From positions 1 through 64,000 of the IMG/VR virus record IMGVR_UViG_3300024331_000152: a stretch of DNA of 64,000 nucleotides; one strand, given 5' to 3'. This DNA comes from a virus (Duplodnaviria > Caudoviricetes). The stretch's first letter is position 1; every line of letters starts with the position of its first letter. Below, in pieces: positions 46,746 to 53,903 of the stretch. The notes beneath the pieces are model-generated. The model was not told the origin of the DNA. It saw nothing but the letters and a program-made list of their open reading frames with translations, and made no database searches. Made by a program: the position numbers and the translations under genes.

Positions 46746-47150
46746 ATGCCTTACAAAGACAAAATTAAGCGTGCAGAGTATTGGAGGAATTATGTAATTG
46801 CCAACCCTCACGTCAAAACCAGAACTAAGACCGACAGGAAGCGCGAGAACGGCGAGGGCTGGGAGATTAAGAACCGCATCCCCTTCAAGATCTCGTGCTG
46901 CGATTGTGGTCTCGTCCATAATCTGGTTATCGTAGCTCCGAATACGAGAAAGGGCGCAGTCCTTGGCATCGCTGCGGAACGAAACGAGCGCGCAACCGGA
47001 CAGAAGCGCAGACATTTAGTGACGAACAAGCCAGAGACGCCTGAGGAGGCGGCGCGCAGACTAGGCGTGTCGAAGAAACGTCTCGAATCAATTCGCGAAA
47101 TTATGTCGCGCCCTGTGTTACGCTCAAAGCGAAAACACTTGAATCCCTAA
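46746..47150 (+). CDS. Hypothetical protein (CCDCGLVH motif)
   Basis: MPYKD start, ISCCDCGLVH. Confidence 0.6.
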   Translation: MPYKDKIKRAEYWRNYVIANPHVKTRTKTDRKRENGEGWEIKNRIPFKISCCDCGLVHNLVIVAPNTRKGAVLGIAAERNERATGQKRRHLVTNKPETPEEAARRLGVSKKRLESIREIMSRPVLRSKRKHLNP

Positions 47151-47187
47151 GGCGTTCAGACCGCGAATCTGAGCGTCTCTTTTTTTC

Positions 47188-47216
47188 TTGACAACAGGCG
47201 CAGAGTTTCGTACCTT
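47188..47216 (+). promoter_or_regulatory. Sigma70 promoter, leaderless transcript
   Basis: TTGACA-17 nt-TACCTT, 6 nt before ATG at 47223. Confidence 0.75.
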
Positions 47217-47222
47217 CTGTTC

Positions 47223-47711
47223 ATGCATTGAATCGCCAACACGCATTCATACGTTTTCGTCCGGTACGATCTCTCCCTCGCACAATCTGTAATCCAGTCG
47301 AGCCATGCTACCCATTCGATGGCTAATGGGCTCTCCCAGAGCCCTGAAGTTCCGCATATCGTTCTGATCGGCGTTCCAGACGTCAAGGCCCTTGAACGGG
47401 TCATTCAAAAACTCCGCGACAATCACATTGAATTTGCTGCCTTCGATGAGCCTGACGATAATCTCGGCTTGACGGCGGTCGCTACTGTTCCTCTCAACGA
47501 AGAGCAGAGACTTGTGTTCCAGAACTACAAGATCTGGACTGAAGAAGAATACTTTTACACGCGCGTAGCTCAGTGGTCAGAGCACTCCGGGAGGTTGACG
47601 GAGAGGTCGGCTGTTCGAATCGGTCCGCGCGTACCATGGGCGGTTCATTCGGTGATGTATCCGGTTCGAATCCGGTATCGCCCACCATGCGCGGTTAGCT
47701 CGACTATGTAG
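47223..47711 (+). CDS. Pth2-like peptidyl-tRNA hydrolase with in-frame UGA at codon 3
   Basis: ATG CAT TGA, then in frame YVFVRYDLSLAQSVIQSSHA...IVLIGV....L.......F.EPD...GLTAVA. Confidence 0.75.
47559..47636 (+). tRNA. tRNA-like element with 9-nt anticodon loop (GGAGGTTGA)
   Basis: Canonical D and T arms, ACGCGCG/CGCGCGT-ACCA; no readable anticodon. Confidence 0.7.
47638..47687 (+). ncRNA. Mini tRNA-like element (acceptor plus T arm only)
   Basis: GGGCGGT/ATCGCCC-ACCA, CCGG-TTCGAAT-CCGG. Confidence 0.65.
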
Positions 47712-47737
47712 AGGGGAAGATCCTCGCCCGCGCTCCA
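47689..47737 (+). ncRNA. Mini tRNA-like element
   Basis: GCGCGG/CCGCGC-TCCA, GAGG-GGAAGAT-CCTC. Confidence 0.5.
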
Positions 47738-47743
47738 ATTCGA

Positions 47744-47819
47744 GCGCTCGTGGCTCAGCGGCAGAGCGCCGGTCTTCAAAACCGGGTCAGCGTGGGTTCG
47801 AACCTCACCGAGCGCTCCA
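47744..47819 (+). tRNA. Opal suppressor tRNA (UCA), Gly-like acceptor identity
   Basis: CCGGT-CTTCAAA-ACCGG, canonical cloverleaf, G1:C72 C2:G71 G3:C70 U73. Confidence 0.85.
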
Positions 47820-47926
47820 CTGAAATTTGAGGTAATATATTTCTGCGCGCCGAGCGCGAGACCTGATCAGATCCGTCTCAACGGGCTGGCACGATGTCCA
47901 GCGCATCTAGCAAAAGGAGAATCAAG

Positions 47927-48277
47927 ATGCGTACTCGTTGCAAGTTCCGTGTTGTTGGAATTGAAGATGTTGATCACCAGATCCAGAAAAGGATCTACAA
48001 AGATCAGGTAAGCGCTGAGGAATATGCGGCAATCGAGAGTTCGGAATGGCCAGACCGTAATGGATTTGGGGATATCAGAATGTACAAACTCGTTGGCCTC
48101 GGCCATGCCCAGAACATCCGGCTCGCCGCTCAGTATGATCCATCAATCCCCGAAGATCAGCGCTTTATGGAAGCAACGCCGACTGGAGAGTTGAAGTTTT
48201 ACGTCAGCAACCCAGCAGTGATCGGCGGCTTTCAGATCGGCAAAAATTACTACATTGATCTGATACCATGTGGCTAG
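47927..48277 (+). CDS. Hypothetical phage protein
   Basis: SD AAGGAG; RCKF.V ... E...F..ATP.G.L...V.NP.....F..GK.YYID. Confidence 0.75.
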   Translation: MRTRCKFRVVGIEDVDHQIQKRIYKDQVSAEEYAAIESSEWPDRNGFGDIRMYKLVGLGHAQNIRLAAQYDPSIPEDQRFMEATPTGELKFYVSNPAVIGGFQIGKNYYIDLIPCG

Positions 48278-48305
48278 CAGACCAGTGCCCGACCCTACAC
48301 AGGTC

Positions 48306-48338
48306 AAAAGGCCCATCCAGTTTCTGGACGGGCCTTTT
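48306..48338. terminator. Bidirectional terminator
   Basis: AAAAGGCCC-ATCCAG-TTT-CTGGAC-GGGCCTTTT between convergent genes. Confidence 0.7.
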
Positions 48339-48690
48339 ACTTTACTCGTATCTTCGCTAGCGGTCCGGACGCAATACTCGTGTTCATTTGTCCAGCGATC
48401 ATCTGCTTGGTCTGCACGATGTAGCAGGCCGAGGAATTCTTCGGAATCGCATCAACGTATGCCAGTAGCGTGGTAGGAGATTGCGCGTTGAGCGGGGCGT
48501 AGTTTTTTGCGCTCGTAGCCGGACAGGTTGTTCCTGAGATCATCACACGGCTTACGATGTAGCTGCAAGCTGGCCACCCCGTACCGCAAGTGACAGGCAG
48601 TTGCCATGAGATCGTAACCTTGACGTTGGGCGGCGCGGCTGACGCGTACGTAAAGACGAAAACACCGATGAGAATGATCTTTCGCAGCAT
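48337..48690 (-). CDS. Secreted Fn3-like protein, paralog of 1372-1881
   Basis: Signal peptide; CSYIVSR, GTT.CP, NY.PLN...PT..L.Y.D, CY.VQT.Q shared. Confidence 0.75.
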   Translation of the reverse strand: MLRKIILIGVFVFTYASAAPPNVKVTISWQLPVTCGTGWPACSYIVSRVMISGTTCPATSAKNYAPLNAQSPTTLLAYVDAIPKNSSACYIVQTKQMIAGQMNTSIASGPLAKIRVK

Positions 48691-48843
48691 CGGGAACCCT
48701 CAGAAAATCGTCCAGATTCTGGACCGTGAGCGCAGTATAATACGAAAAGCCAACGGGGCGTCTCTCTAAAGTGGAGACGAATAGTATCAGGTCTTGCCGT
48801 CCGTGACCTGTTTCAAGGCAAATCAAATTGAGACAGGTGAAAA

Positions 48844-49320
48844 ATGGCAGGATACGTGTACCTTATCGGTACGCCAACGTTTCGTTGGTATAAAATCGGC
48901 AAATCCCGCGTTCCTGAGATCAGGATTCAAGATCTCGGAATTCTTCTCCCTTTTAAAATTGAAATTGTTGGTATCTGGAAAGCGCACGACCATACCGCTC
49001 TTGAGTCTCTACTACACGAGCGATACGCCGAAAGAAGAATAAACGGTGAGTGGTTTCACTTCTATCGCGCTGAGGTTATGGGGATATTCGCGTCCCTTCC
49101 TGAAGAAGCGAGGATATTTCCGTCTGGAAATTCCGATTCGTTTTTCGCTAAATTTTCGAACATCGAGCGAGATTGCCCGGAAGGCAAGAGACTTCATTTG
49201 TCTACTAGGAGGGTGCGTGGAAACTTTACAGATGAGCAGAGAGCCTACTTGCGACAAAAAGCGATAGAGGAGCATAAAAAGAAAAAAGCGCTACGGGATG
49301 CAAATAAGAGTATGCTTTAA
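48844..49320 (+). CDS. T5orf172/GIY-YIG domain protein
   Basis: GYVYLI.....YKIG.S..PE.R...L, LE..LH..Y...R.NGEWF. Confidence 0.85.
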   Translation: MAGYVYLIGTPTFRWYKIGKSRVPEIRIQDLGILLPFKIEIVGIWKAHDHTALESLLHERYAERRINGEWFHFYRAEVMGIFASLPEEARIFPSGNSDSFFAKFSNIERDCPEGKRLHLSTRRVRGNFTDEQRAYLRQKAIEEHKKKKALRDANKSML

Positions 49321-49402
49321 GCGTCGGGAAACCGACTATCCAGCAGGCTTGCAACGCGATTGTATGGGGCTTTAGTCTGCGGCCCGTTTCAAGGAGAACC
49401 AA

Positions 49403-50266
49403 ATGATGTATATCAAGCATTTCGTCCTCGCCGTGCGCGTCAACGGTAAAATCCTCAAAGAACATGACCAAGTTGTCCACCTCCCTTTCGGAGCTGAGTA
49501 TGAGCTGTTGCTCAAGAACCTCAACTCGCGCCGCGCGATGGTCGGTGTCTCCATTGACGGCAAGCGTACCAGTGATTGTCGTTTCGTAATTCCAGCTAAC
49601 TCGGAGAGCGTTCTTGAGCGCTACGTCAAAAACGGCAACATGGACTCCGGGAACCGCTTCAAGTTCATCGAACGCACCTCGGCAGTTGAAGAACATCGCG
49701 GAGTGGGATCGGACGACGGTATCGTGCGCGCCGAGTTTTGGGCAGAGCGAGAAGTTGTCACGCTTCCTCGCACAATCATCAATGATTCATGGCTTCCTTC
49801 ATCTCCGTATGATCGCAGGCGTCGCACGCTTGGAAATTCTGGAGGCTTTAGAAGTTTCAGCGGCATCACAGGACAAAGTGTTCCATCTGATGATGTGTCG
49901 TGCATGTACGGTAGTGTTCAAGGTGGAGCTGAGGCCCCGGGATCGAGCTTTAACGTAGGCTCGCTCAATGCGCAGGTGACATACACGTCATCGTTGGGCG
50001 CGGACATGTCGAAGATCGCAGATAACGACGCGGGCATCACCGTCCCGGGCAGCGAGTCGTCGCAGCGCTTCCACTGGACAAACGGCTTCGAGCTGGAGAG
50101 CACAAGCACCGTAATCATACTTCAGCTTCGTGGCGAGATCGGCGGACAGGCTGTTGCTGCGCCGGTCACGGTGGAGTATAAGCCTGTCTGCATCACCTGT
50201 GGCAAGACCAACAAGGGTACCAGCCGTTTCTGTGACCAGTGCGGAACGGCATTGCAAATTCTTTAA
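49403..50266 (+). CDS. Conserved phage protein with C-terminal double zinc ribbon
   Basis: SD AAGGAG; LPFG.EY.LLLKNL..RRA...SIDG; C..CG.......FC.QCG. Confidence 0.75.
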   Translation: MMYIKHFVLAVRVNGKILKEHDQVVHLPFGAEYELLLKNLNSRRAMVGVSIDGKRTSDCRFVIPANSESVLERYVKNGNMDSGNRFKFIERTSAVEEHRGVGSDDGIVRAEFWAEREVVTLPRTIINDSWLPSSPYDRRRRTLGNSGGFRSFSGITGQSVPSDDVSCMYGSVQGGAEAPGSSFNVGSLNAQVTYTSSLGADMSKIADNDAGITVPGSESSQRFHWTNGFELESTSTVIILQLRGEIGGQAVAAPVTVEYKPVCITCGKTNKGTSRFCDQCGTALQIL

Positions 50267-50274
50267 ATAACCTC

Positions 50275-50304
50275 TTGCAATTTGCGCGCATCATAGGTTA
50301 AGGT
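50275..50304 (+). promoter_or_regulatory. Promoter of tRNA array B
   Basis: TTGCAA-18 nt-TAAGGT; shares CTTGCAATTTGCGCGCATC with the array C promoter. Confidence 0.7.
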
Positions 50305-50314
50305 AGGAAGCGTT

Positions 50315-50401
50315 ATGAAACTCAACCGAGCCAATTCGAACCATTCGTTTAATCCAGCGGCACAACCGCAGGGTACAACGCGTGTGCGTGGCTCGGCCTG
50401 A
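50315..50401 (+). CDS. Attenuator leader peptide B (MKLNRANSNHSFNPAAQPQGTTRVRGSA)
   Basis: Codons 13-23 (AAT CCA GCG GCA CAA CCG CAG GGT ACA ACG CGT) are all read by downstream tRNAs. Confidence 0.85.
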   Translation: MKLNRANSNHSFNPAAQPQGTTRVRGSA

Positions 50402-50433
50402 ACAGCATCCTTTAGCAATGCGATGCAGTACAG

Positions 50434-50467
50434 ACCCCCGAGCCTAGATAATAGACTCGGGGGTTTT
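50434..50467 (+). terminator. Intrinsic terminator (attenuator B)
   Basis: ACCCCCGAG...CTCGGGGGT-TTT; CCGAGCC can instead pair with GGCTCGG at 50390-50396. Confidence 0.85.
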
Positions 50468-50999
50468 GATTGGCATGGGAAAGTGGCTGCATCGTGTTTC
50501 GAATATCGATTTTGATTCTCTCACTGGTGATTGCTCTACTTGTGGGCGCGTGAGATTGAAAGTAAAGAAAGGCGGCAGGAGATTTGCATGCGCTGTATCT
50601 GAGCAACGCTGGTGCGATGGACAAAGCGTATCAAAGAGAAGGGCTGCTCGCCGTAGACAAACTAGAAAGTTGCTCGCAAAGCTTCTATCTAGTGGATGTC
50701 GGATATGTCGAGTAGCCAAGAAAGGAATTCATTGTCATCATCTCGATAGTTCCACAAAGAGTTTCAATATTTCGCAAGGGTATACAGACTGTTCCAGAGA
50801 GCTGTTAATTGCCGAGCTGAAAAAATGTATTGCCGTGTGTCAGCAATGCCATACAAAGATTCACTTCAGGCAGTTTGTAGTATCTGAGGATTTGATTTCT
50901 GAGTGGAATAGAGATGTAGATGTTTTATTCACGCGTAGCTCAATGGTAGAGCCCTGCACTGTTAATGCAGTCATTGGGGGTTCGATTCCCTCCGCGTGA
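50466..50999 (+). CDS. HNH endonuclease (reads into tRNA-Asn)
   Basis: C..C...HCHH.D...K.F.IS...ELKKC...CQQCH. Confidence 0.75.
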   Translation: MIGMGKWLHRVSNIDFDSLTGDCSTCGRVRLKVKKGGRRFACAVSEQRWCDGQSVSKRRAARRRQTRKLLAKLLSSGCRICRVAKKGIHCHHLDSSTKSFNISQGYTDCSRELLIAELKKCIAVCQQCHTKIHFRQFVVSEDLISEWNRDVDVLFTRSSMVEPCTVNAVIGGSIPSA

Positions 51000-51003
51000 G
51001 CCA
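50929..51003 (+). tRNA. tRNA-Asn(GTT)
   Basis: CTGCA-CTGTTAA-TGCAG, GCCA. Confidence 0.9.
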
Positions 51004-51010
51004 AATTAGT

Positions 51011-51084
51011 TGCGTCTTCGTTCAGTGGCAGGACGGTTGACTCTGAATCAACACACGGGAGTTCGATTCTCTCAGACGCAGCCA
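51011..51084 (+). tRNA. tRNA-Gln(CTG)
   Basis: GTTGA-CTCTGAA-TCAAC, GCCA. Confidence 0.9.
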
Positions 51085-51092
51085 AATTTTGT

Positions 51093-51168
51093 TGGGAGAT
51101 GGCCGAGCGGCGTAGGCACGAGCCTTTGGATCTCGTACAGGCTGGTTCAACTCCAGCTCTCCCAGCCA
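51093..51168 (+). tRNA. tRNA-Gln(TTG)
   Basis: Loop CTTTGGA, TGGGAGA/TCTCCCA-GCCA. Confidence 0.85.
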
Positions 51169-51169
51169 T

Positions 51170-51245
51170 GCGGATGTAGTTCAATTGGCAGAACGTTGGA
51201 GTGCCACTCCAAAGGTTGCCGGATCGTTGCCGGTCATCCGCTCCA
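51170..51245 (+). tRNA. tRNA-Gly(GCC)
   Basis: TTGGA-GTGCCAC-TCCAA, TCCA. Confidence 0.85.
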
Positions 51246-51282
51246 GTTTGAGGTGAGAGGAATGCATTGAATTGATGATGAC

Positions 51283-51358
51283 GCTGCCGTAGCTCAAGTG
51301 GTAGAGCACCTGTCTCGTAAACAGGAGGTTGGGACTTCGAGTGTCCCCGGTAGCTCCA
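51283..51358 (+). tRNA. tRNA-Thr(CGT)
   Basis: CCTGT-CTCGTAA-ACAGG. Confidence 0.9.
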
Positions 51359-51378
51359 GTTTTCCCTGAGGTGATCTT

Positions 51379-51915
51379 ATGATCCGTAGAACAGTTTTGA
51401 TGCTGAACGCGAGCTACGAACCGCTGCGGATCATCAGCGCAAAGAAGTCCCTGACACTCTTAACCAAGGGTGTTGCCGTGGTGGAGGTACCAACCAAGAT
51501 CCAAGTCCACGCGGGGATCTACTTGCCGAGTGTTATTCGGTTGCGTCATTTCCGCAACGTGCCGCACAAGAGGCCAGTGCCGTCGAGAAAGAACATCTTC
51601 ACCAGAGACGGTTTTCGCTGCTTGTATTGCGGTGCCAAGGCTCCGAAAGTAGTGCTCGAACTTGAGCACATCGTTCCGAGATCGAGAGGCGGAGCAAACG
51701 CTTGGGACAACCTTTGTGCATCTTGTCACGATTGCAACCAGAAGAAGCGTGACAGGACTCCGGAGGAAGCAGGCATGAAGTTGATTCACAGACCTCTGCC
51801 CGCGACCGTACACACCGGCAGGTTCGTCTTGAAGACGATGGGTAACGAAATTGCAGAGTGGGGTCCGTTTCTATGGAAGGACTCTAAGGGCGAACAGAAG
51901 TTGCAGTTCGCATAA
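51379..51915 (+). CDS. HNH endonuclease (McrA-like)
   Basis: [24 protein letters not shown]...[11 protein letters not shown]...[19 protein letters not shown]. Confidence 0.9.
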   Translation: MIRRTVLMLNASYEPLRIISAKKSLTLLTKGVAVVEVPTKIQVHAGIYLPSVIRLRHFRNVPHKRPVPSRKNIFTRDGFRCLYCGAKAPKVVLELEHIVPRSRGGANAWDNLCASCHDCNQKKRDRTPEEAGMKLIHRPLPATVHTGRFVLKTMGNEIAEWGPFLWKDSKGEQKLQFA

Positions 51916-51975
51916 CAAGAAATAGCGCCGGGTTATGGATTGACAATTAAGCTCCGTGTGAAATAAAACGGTCTA

Positions 51976-52368
51976 ATGCCATACAGTGACCCGGCGAAAC
52001 AAAAAGAAGCTCTTCGGCGATGGTATCGCAGAGTTGTTCGTAAAAGACGCACAGATTGGTTTAAAGGAAAGCAATGTGCGACTTGTGGAAGTACGCGAAG
52101 ACTTGAATTGGATCATGTTGATCCAGCGCTGAAGGTGGATCATAAAATTTGGTCATGGAGCGAGAAAAGACGCACTGAAGAGCTTAATAAATGTGTTCCA
52201 CGGTGTAGAACTTGTCACATCGAGAGATCGGCAGAGCAACAACGAAAGCCATTGGTTCACGGAACGCGCGATGGATATATGTGGCATCGTTGTCGCTGTA
52301 GGGAATGCGTTAAAGCTGCGTCGCTCTACCGTAATGAGCAGCGACGTTTGAAGGGACGAAAGAATTAA
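51976..52368 (+). CDS. HNH endonuclease
   Basis: C..CGS...LELDHVDP..K...ELNKC..RC..CH, HGT..GY...CRC..C. Confidence 0.85.
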   Translation: MPYSDPAKQKEALRRWYRRVVRKRRTDWFKGKQCATCGSTRRLELDHVDPALKVDHKIWSWSEKRRTEELNKCVPRCRTCHIERSAEQQRKPLVHGTRDGYMWHRCRCRECVKAASLYRNEQRRLKGRKN

Positions 52369-52369
52369 A

Positions 52370-52444
52370 GCACTCGAAGCATAGTCGGAGATGCCCTCGG
52401 CTTGTATCCGAGAGAACAGAGTTCGAATCTCTGCGAGTGCTCCA
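52370..52444 (+). tRNA. tRNA-Thr(TGT)
   Basis: CTCGG-CTTGTAT-CCGAG. Confidence 0.85.
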
Positions 52445-52510
52445 AAGATGTCGGATGTGGCCCCGAGTTCGAGGAGGAATAGGCGAGAGCTTATCGGGGC
52501 TCAGGTTTAT

Positions 52511-52586
52511 GGAGCTATTGGCCGAGCGGTTTAGGCGCGGGACTGTGACCCCCGACACGAGTGTTCAACTCACTCATAGCTCCCCA
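52511..52586 (+). tRNA. tRNA-His(GTG)
   Basis: Loop CTGTGAC, G-1:C73. Confidence 0.85.
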
Positions 52587-52590
52587 ATTT

Positions 52591-52665
52591 GGGGCTGTAG
52601 TGCTAATGGGAACACACTGGTTTTGCACTCCAGAGTTGAGAGTTCGATTCTCTCCAGCTCCACCA
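52591..52665 (+). tRNA. tRNA-Ala(TGC)
   Basis: G3:U70, loop TTTGCAC. Confidence 0.9.
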
Positions 52666-52714
52666 AATTTACGCAGGCGCTGAGCCCTCTCTGTTCTATA
52701 CGTGACACGCTCAG

Positions 52715-52863
52715 GGAAGAAGATCAAAGGTGTCGCGTATATGCTCGCTTTTGGTTACAACCTTGAAAGAATTAAGGCAGAAATCGCAAAATGCGTCGTA
52801 CGCTGCGCGAACTGTCACCGCCGCCGAACGGCGAAGGTTTTAGGAAATTGGAAGTTGCACCAT
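52715..52863 (+). pseudogene. C-terminal remnant of an HNH endonuclease
   Basis: GKKIKGVAYM...IKAEIAKCVVRCANCHRRRT with no N-terminus or start. Confidence 0.65.
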
Positions 52864-52940
52864 CAGGGCGTAGCCTAGCGGCTTCAGGCACTCGCTTCGG
52901 GAGCGAGATGACGTGAGTTCGAATCTCACCGCCCCGACCA
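52864..52940 (+). tRNA. tRNA-Pro(CGG)
   Basis: CTCGC-TTCGGGA-GCGAG. Confidence 0.9.
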
Positions 52941-52986
52941 TTTTAACGAGCCGGTTTTCATTAAAGAAATCGGCTGAAAATTTTAA

Positions 52987-53064
52987 CCGGGTTTAGCCTA
53001 GTCTGGCTCAGGCACCTGCTTTGGGAGCAGGACGACGGGGGTTCAAATCCCTCAGCCCGGACCA
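52987..53064 (+). tRNA. tRNA-Pro(TGG)
   Basis: CCTGC-TTTGGGA-GCAGG. Confidence 0.9.
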
Positions 53065-53065
53065 T

Positions 53066-53154
53066 GCACCCGTAGCCTAGCGGATTCAGGTAACGGTCTA
53101 CGAAACCGTCGAGGGAAACCTCTTACGCAGGTTCGATTCCTGCCGGGTGCTCCA
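53066..53154 (+). tRNA. tRNA-Arg(ACG) with long variable arm
   Basis: ACGGT-CTACGAA-ACCGT, extra GAGG-GAAA-CCTC arm. Confidence 0.85.
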
Positions 53155-53168
53155 TAATTGTAAGTGTT

Positions 53169-53223
53169 CGGCGCGGTGAGGCTGGGCGTGGCACGGTGAG
53201 GTTTGGTTCGGTATGGTTTGGCA
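53169..53223 (+). repeat. 5-nt periodic (NGGNN)x11 tract
   Basis: cggcg cggtg aggct gggcg tggca cggtg aggtt tggtt cggta tggtt tggca. Confidence 0.8.
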
Positions 53224-53250
53224 TTCTTGCCATGAGGAGGGTTATGCGAA

Positions 53251-53655
53251 TTGAAAAGGACATTTGGTCAGCGAGCTGCTGACTGGGTTACTGAAGCAAG
53301 TGGTAGCTGGCCGTTCATTCTGTGGTCAGTTGTTCTTGGCGTACTCTGGGTCTTGTCGAATGTGAGCAAGGTCCTTGTCTTCGATCCGTATCCTTTCCTG
53401 TTTTTGAACTGGGTGCTGACTGTGATCAGCACGTTGCAATCCCCGCTCATCATGCTGTCGCAGAATCGGCAGAATGAAACTGATCGCGAGCGCGTAGATA
53501 TGATCGTCCAGAAGCTGGACGATCATATCCGGGAAATTAAATTGCGCGCATGGCGAAGTTGTGGTAGGGTAGTCAAGTTGGGCTCAGGCCCGAGATTGAT
53601 CTTTGAAATCAAGTTTCCGTGGGTTGTAAACATGGATGGCCTTAAAAGATCCTGA
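53251..53655 (+). CDS. DUF1003 membrane protein
   Basis: FGQRAAD.....GSWPFI, FDPYPFLFLN..L......Q.P.IMLSQNRQ...DR. Confidence 0.9.
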   Translation: MKRTFGQRAADWVTEASGSWPFILWSVVLGVLWVLSNVSKVLVFDPYPFLFLNWVLTVISTLQSPLIMLSQNRQNETDRERVDMIVQKLDDHIREIKLRAWRSCGRVVKLGSGPRLIFEIKFPWVVNMDGLKRS

Positions 53656-53696
53656 CGTTAGGTTAGGCTCCGAAGCGTCCGGTCCACGGGATCAAG

Positions 53697-53808
53697 TTTC
53701 CGCTGACAGTGTTGCTTACATGGCAGGGTAACCTGCATTTCACTACGAATGAAAAACCGGGGCAACCCGGGTGTACCCGAAAGGGTTGCAGCACGACACC
53801 AGCGGAGA
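53697..53808 (+). ncRNA. Candidate structured RNA (multi-way junction, three GNRA loops)
   Basis: TTTCCGCTG/CAGCGGAGA, GTGTTGC/GCAGCAC, GCAGG-GTAA-CCTGC, CCGGG-GCAA-CCCGG, ACCC-GAAA-GGGT. Confidence 0.65.
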
Positions 53809-53831
53809 AAGTTTGGGTTGACTTGTTTGCA

Positions 53832-53903
53832 TACATGGTAGCTCATTTGGTAGAGCATTCGCCTCTTAAGCGAAGGGTAGTCGGTTCAATTCCGAGTCGC
53901 AGA
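53832..53903 (+). pseudogene. tRNA-Lys(CTT)-like element without paired acceptor stem
   Basis: Intact D arm, TTCGC-CTCTTAA-GCGAA, TCGG-TTCAATT-CCGA; flanks do not pair, no CCA. Confidence 0.6.

Noticed and set aside
45217-47819. Selenocysteine tRNA assignment for the UCA tRNAs
   Set aside because: No long variable arm, no extended acceptor or D stem, and no sel genes in the window.
53697-53903. Group I intron splitting the tRNA-Lys
   Set aside because: The anticodon arm is uninterrupted and I could not find P7 core sequences or a matching acceptor half.
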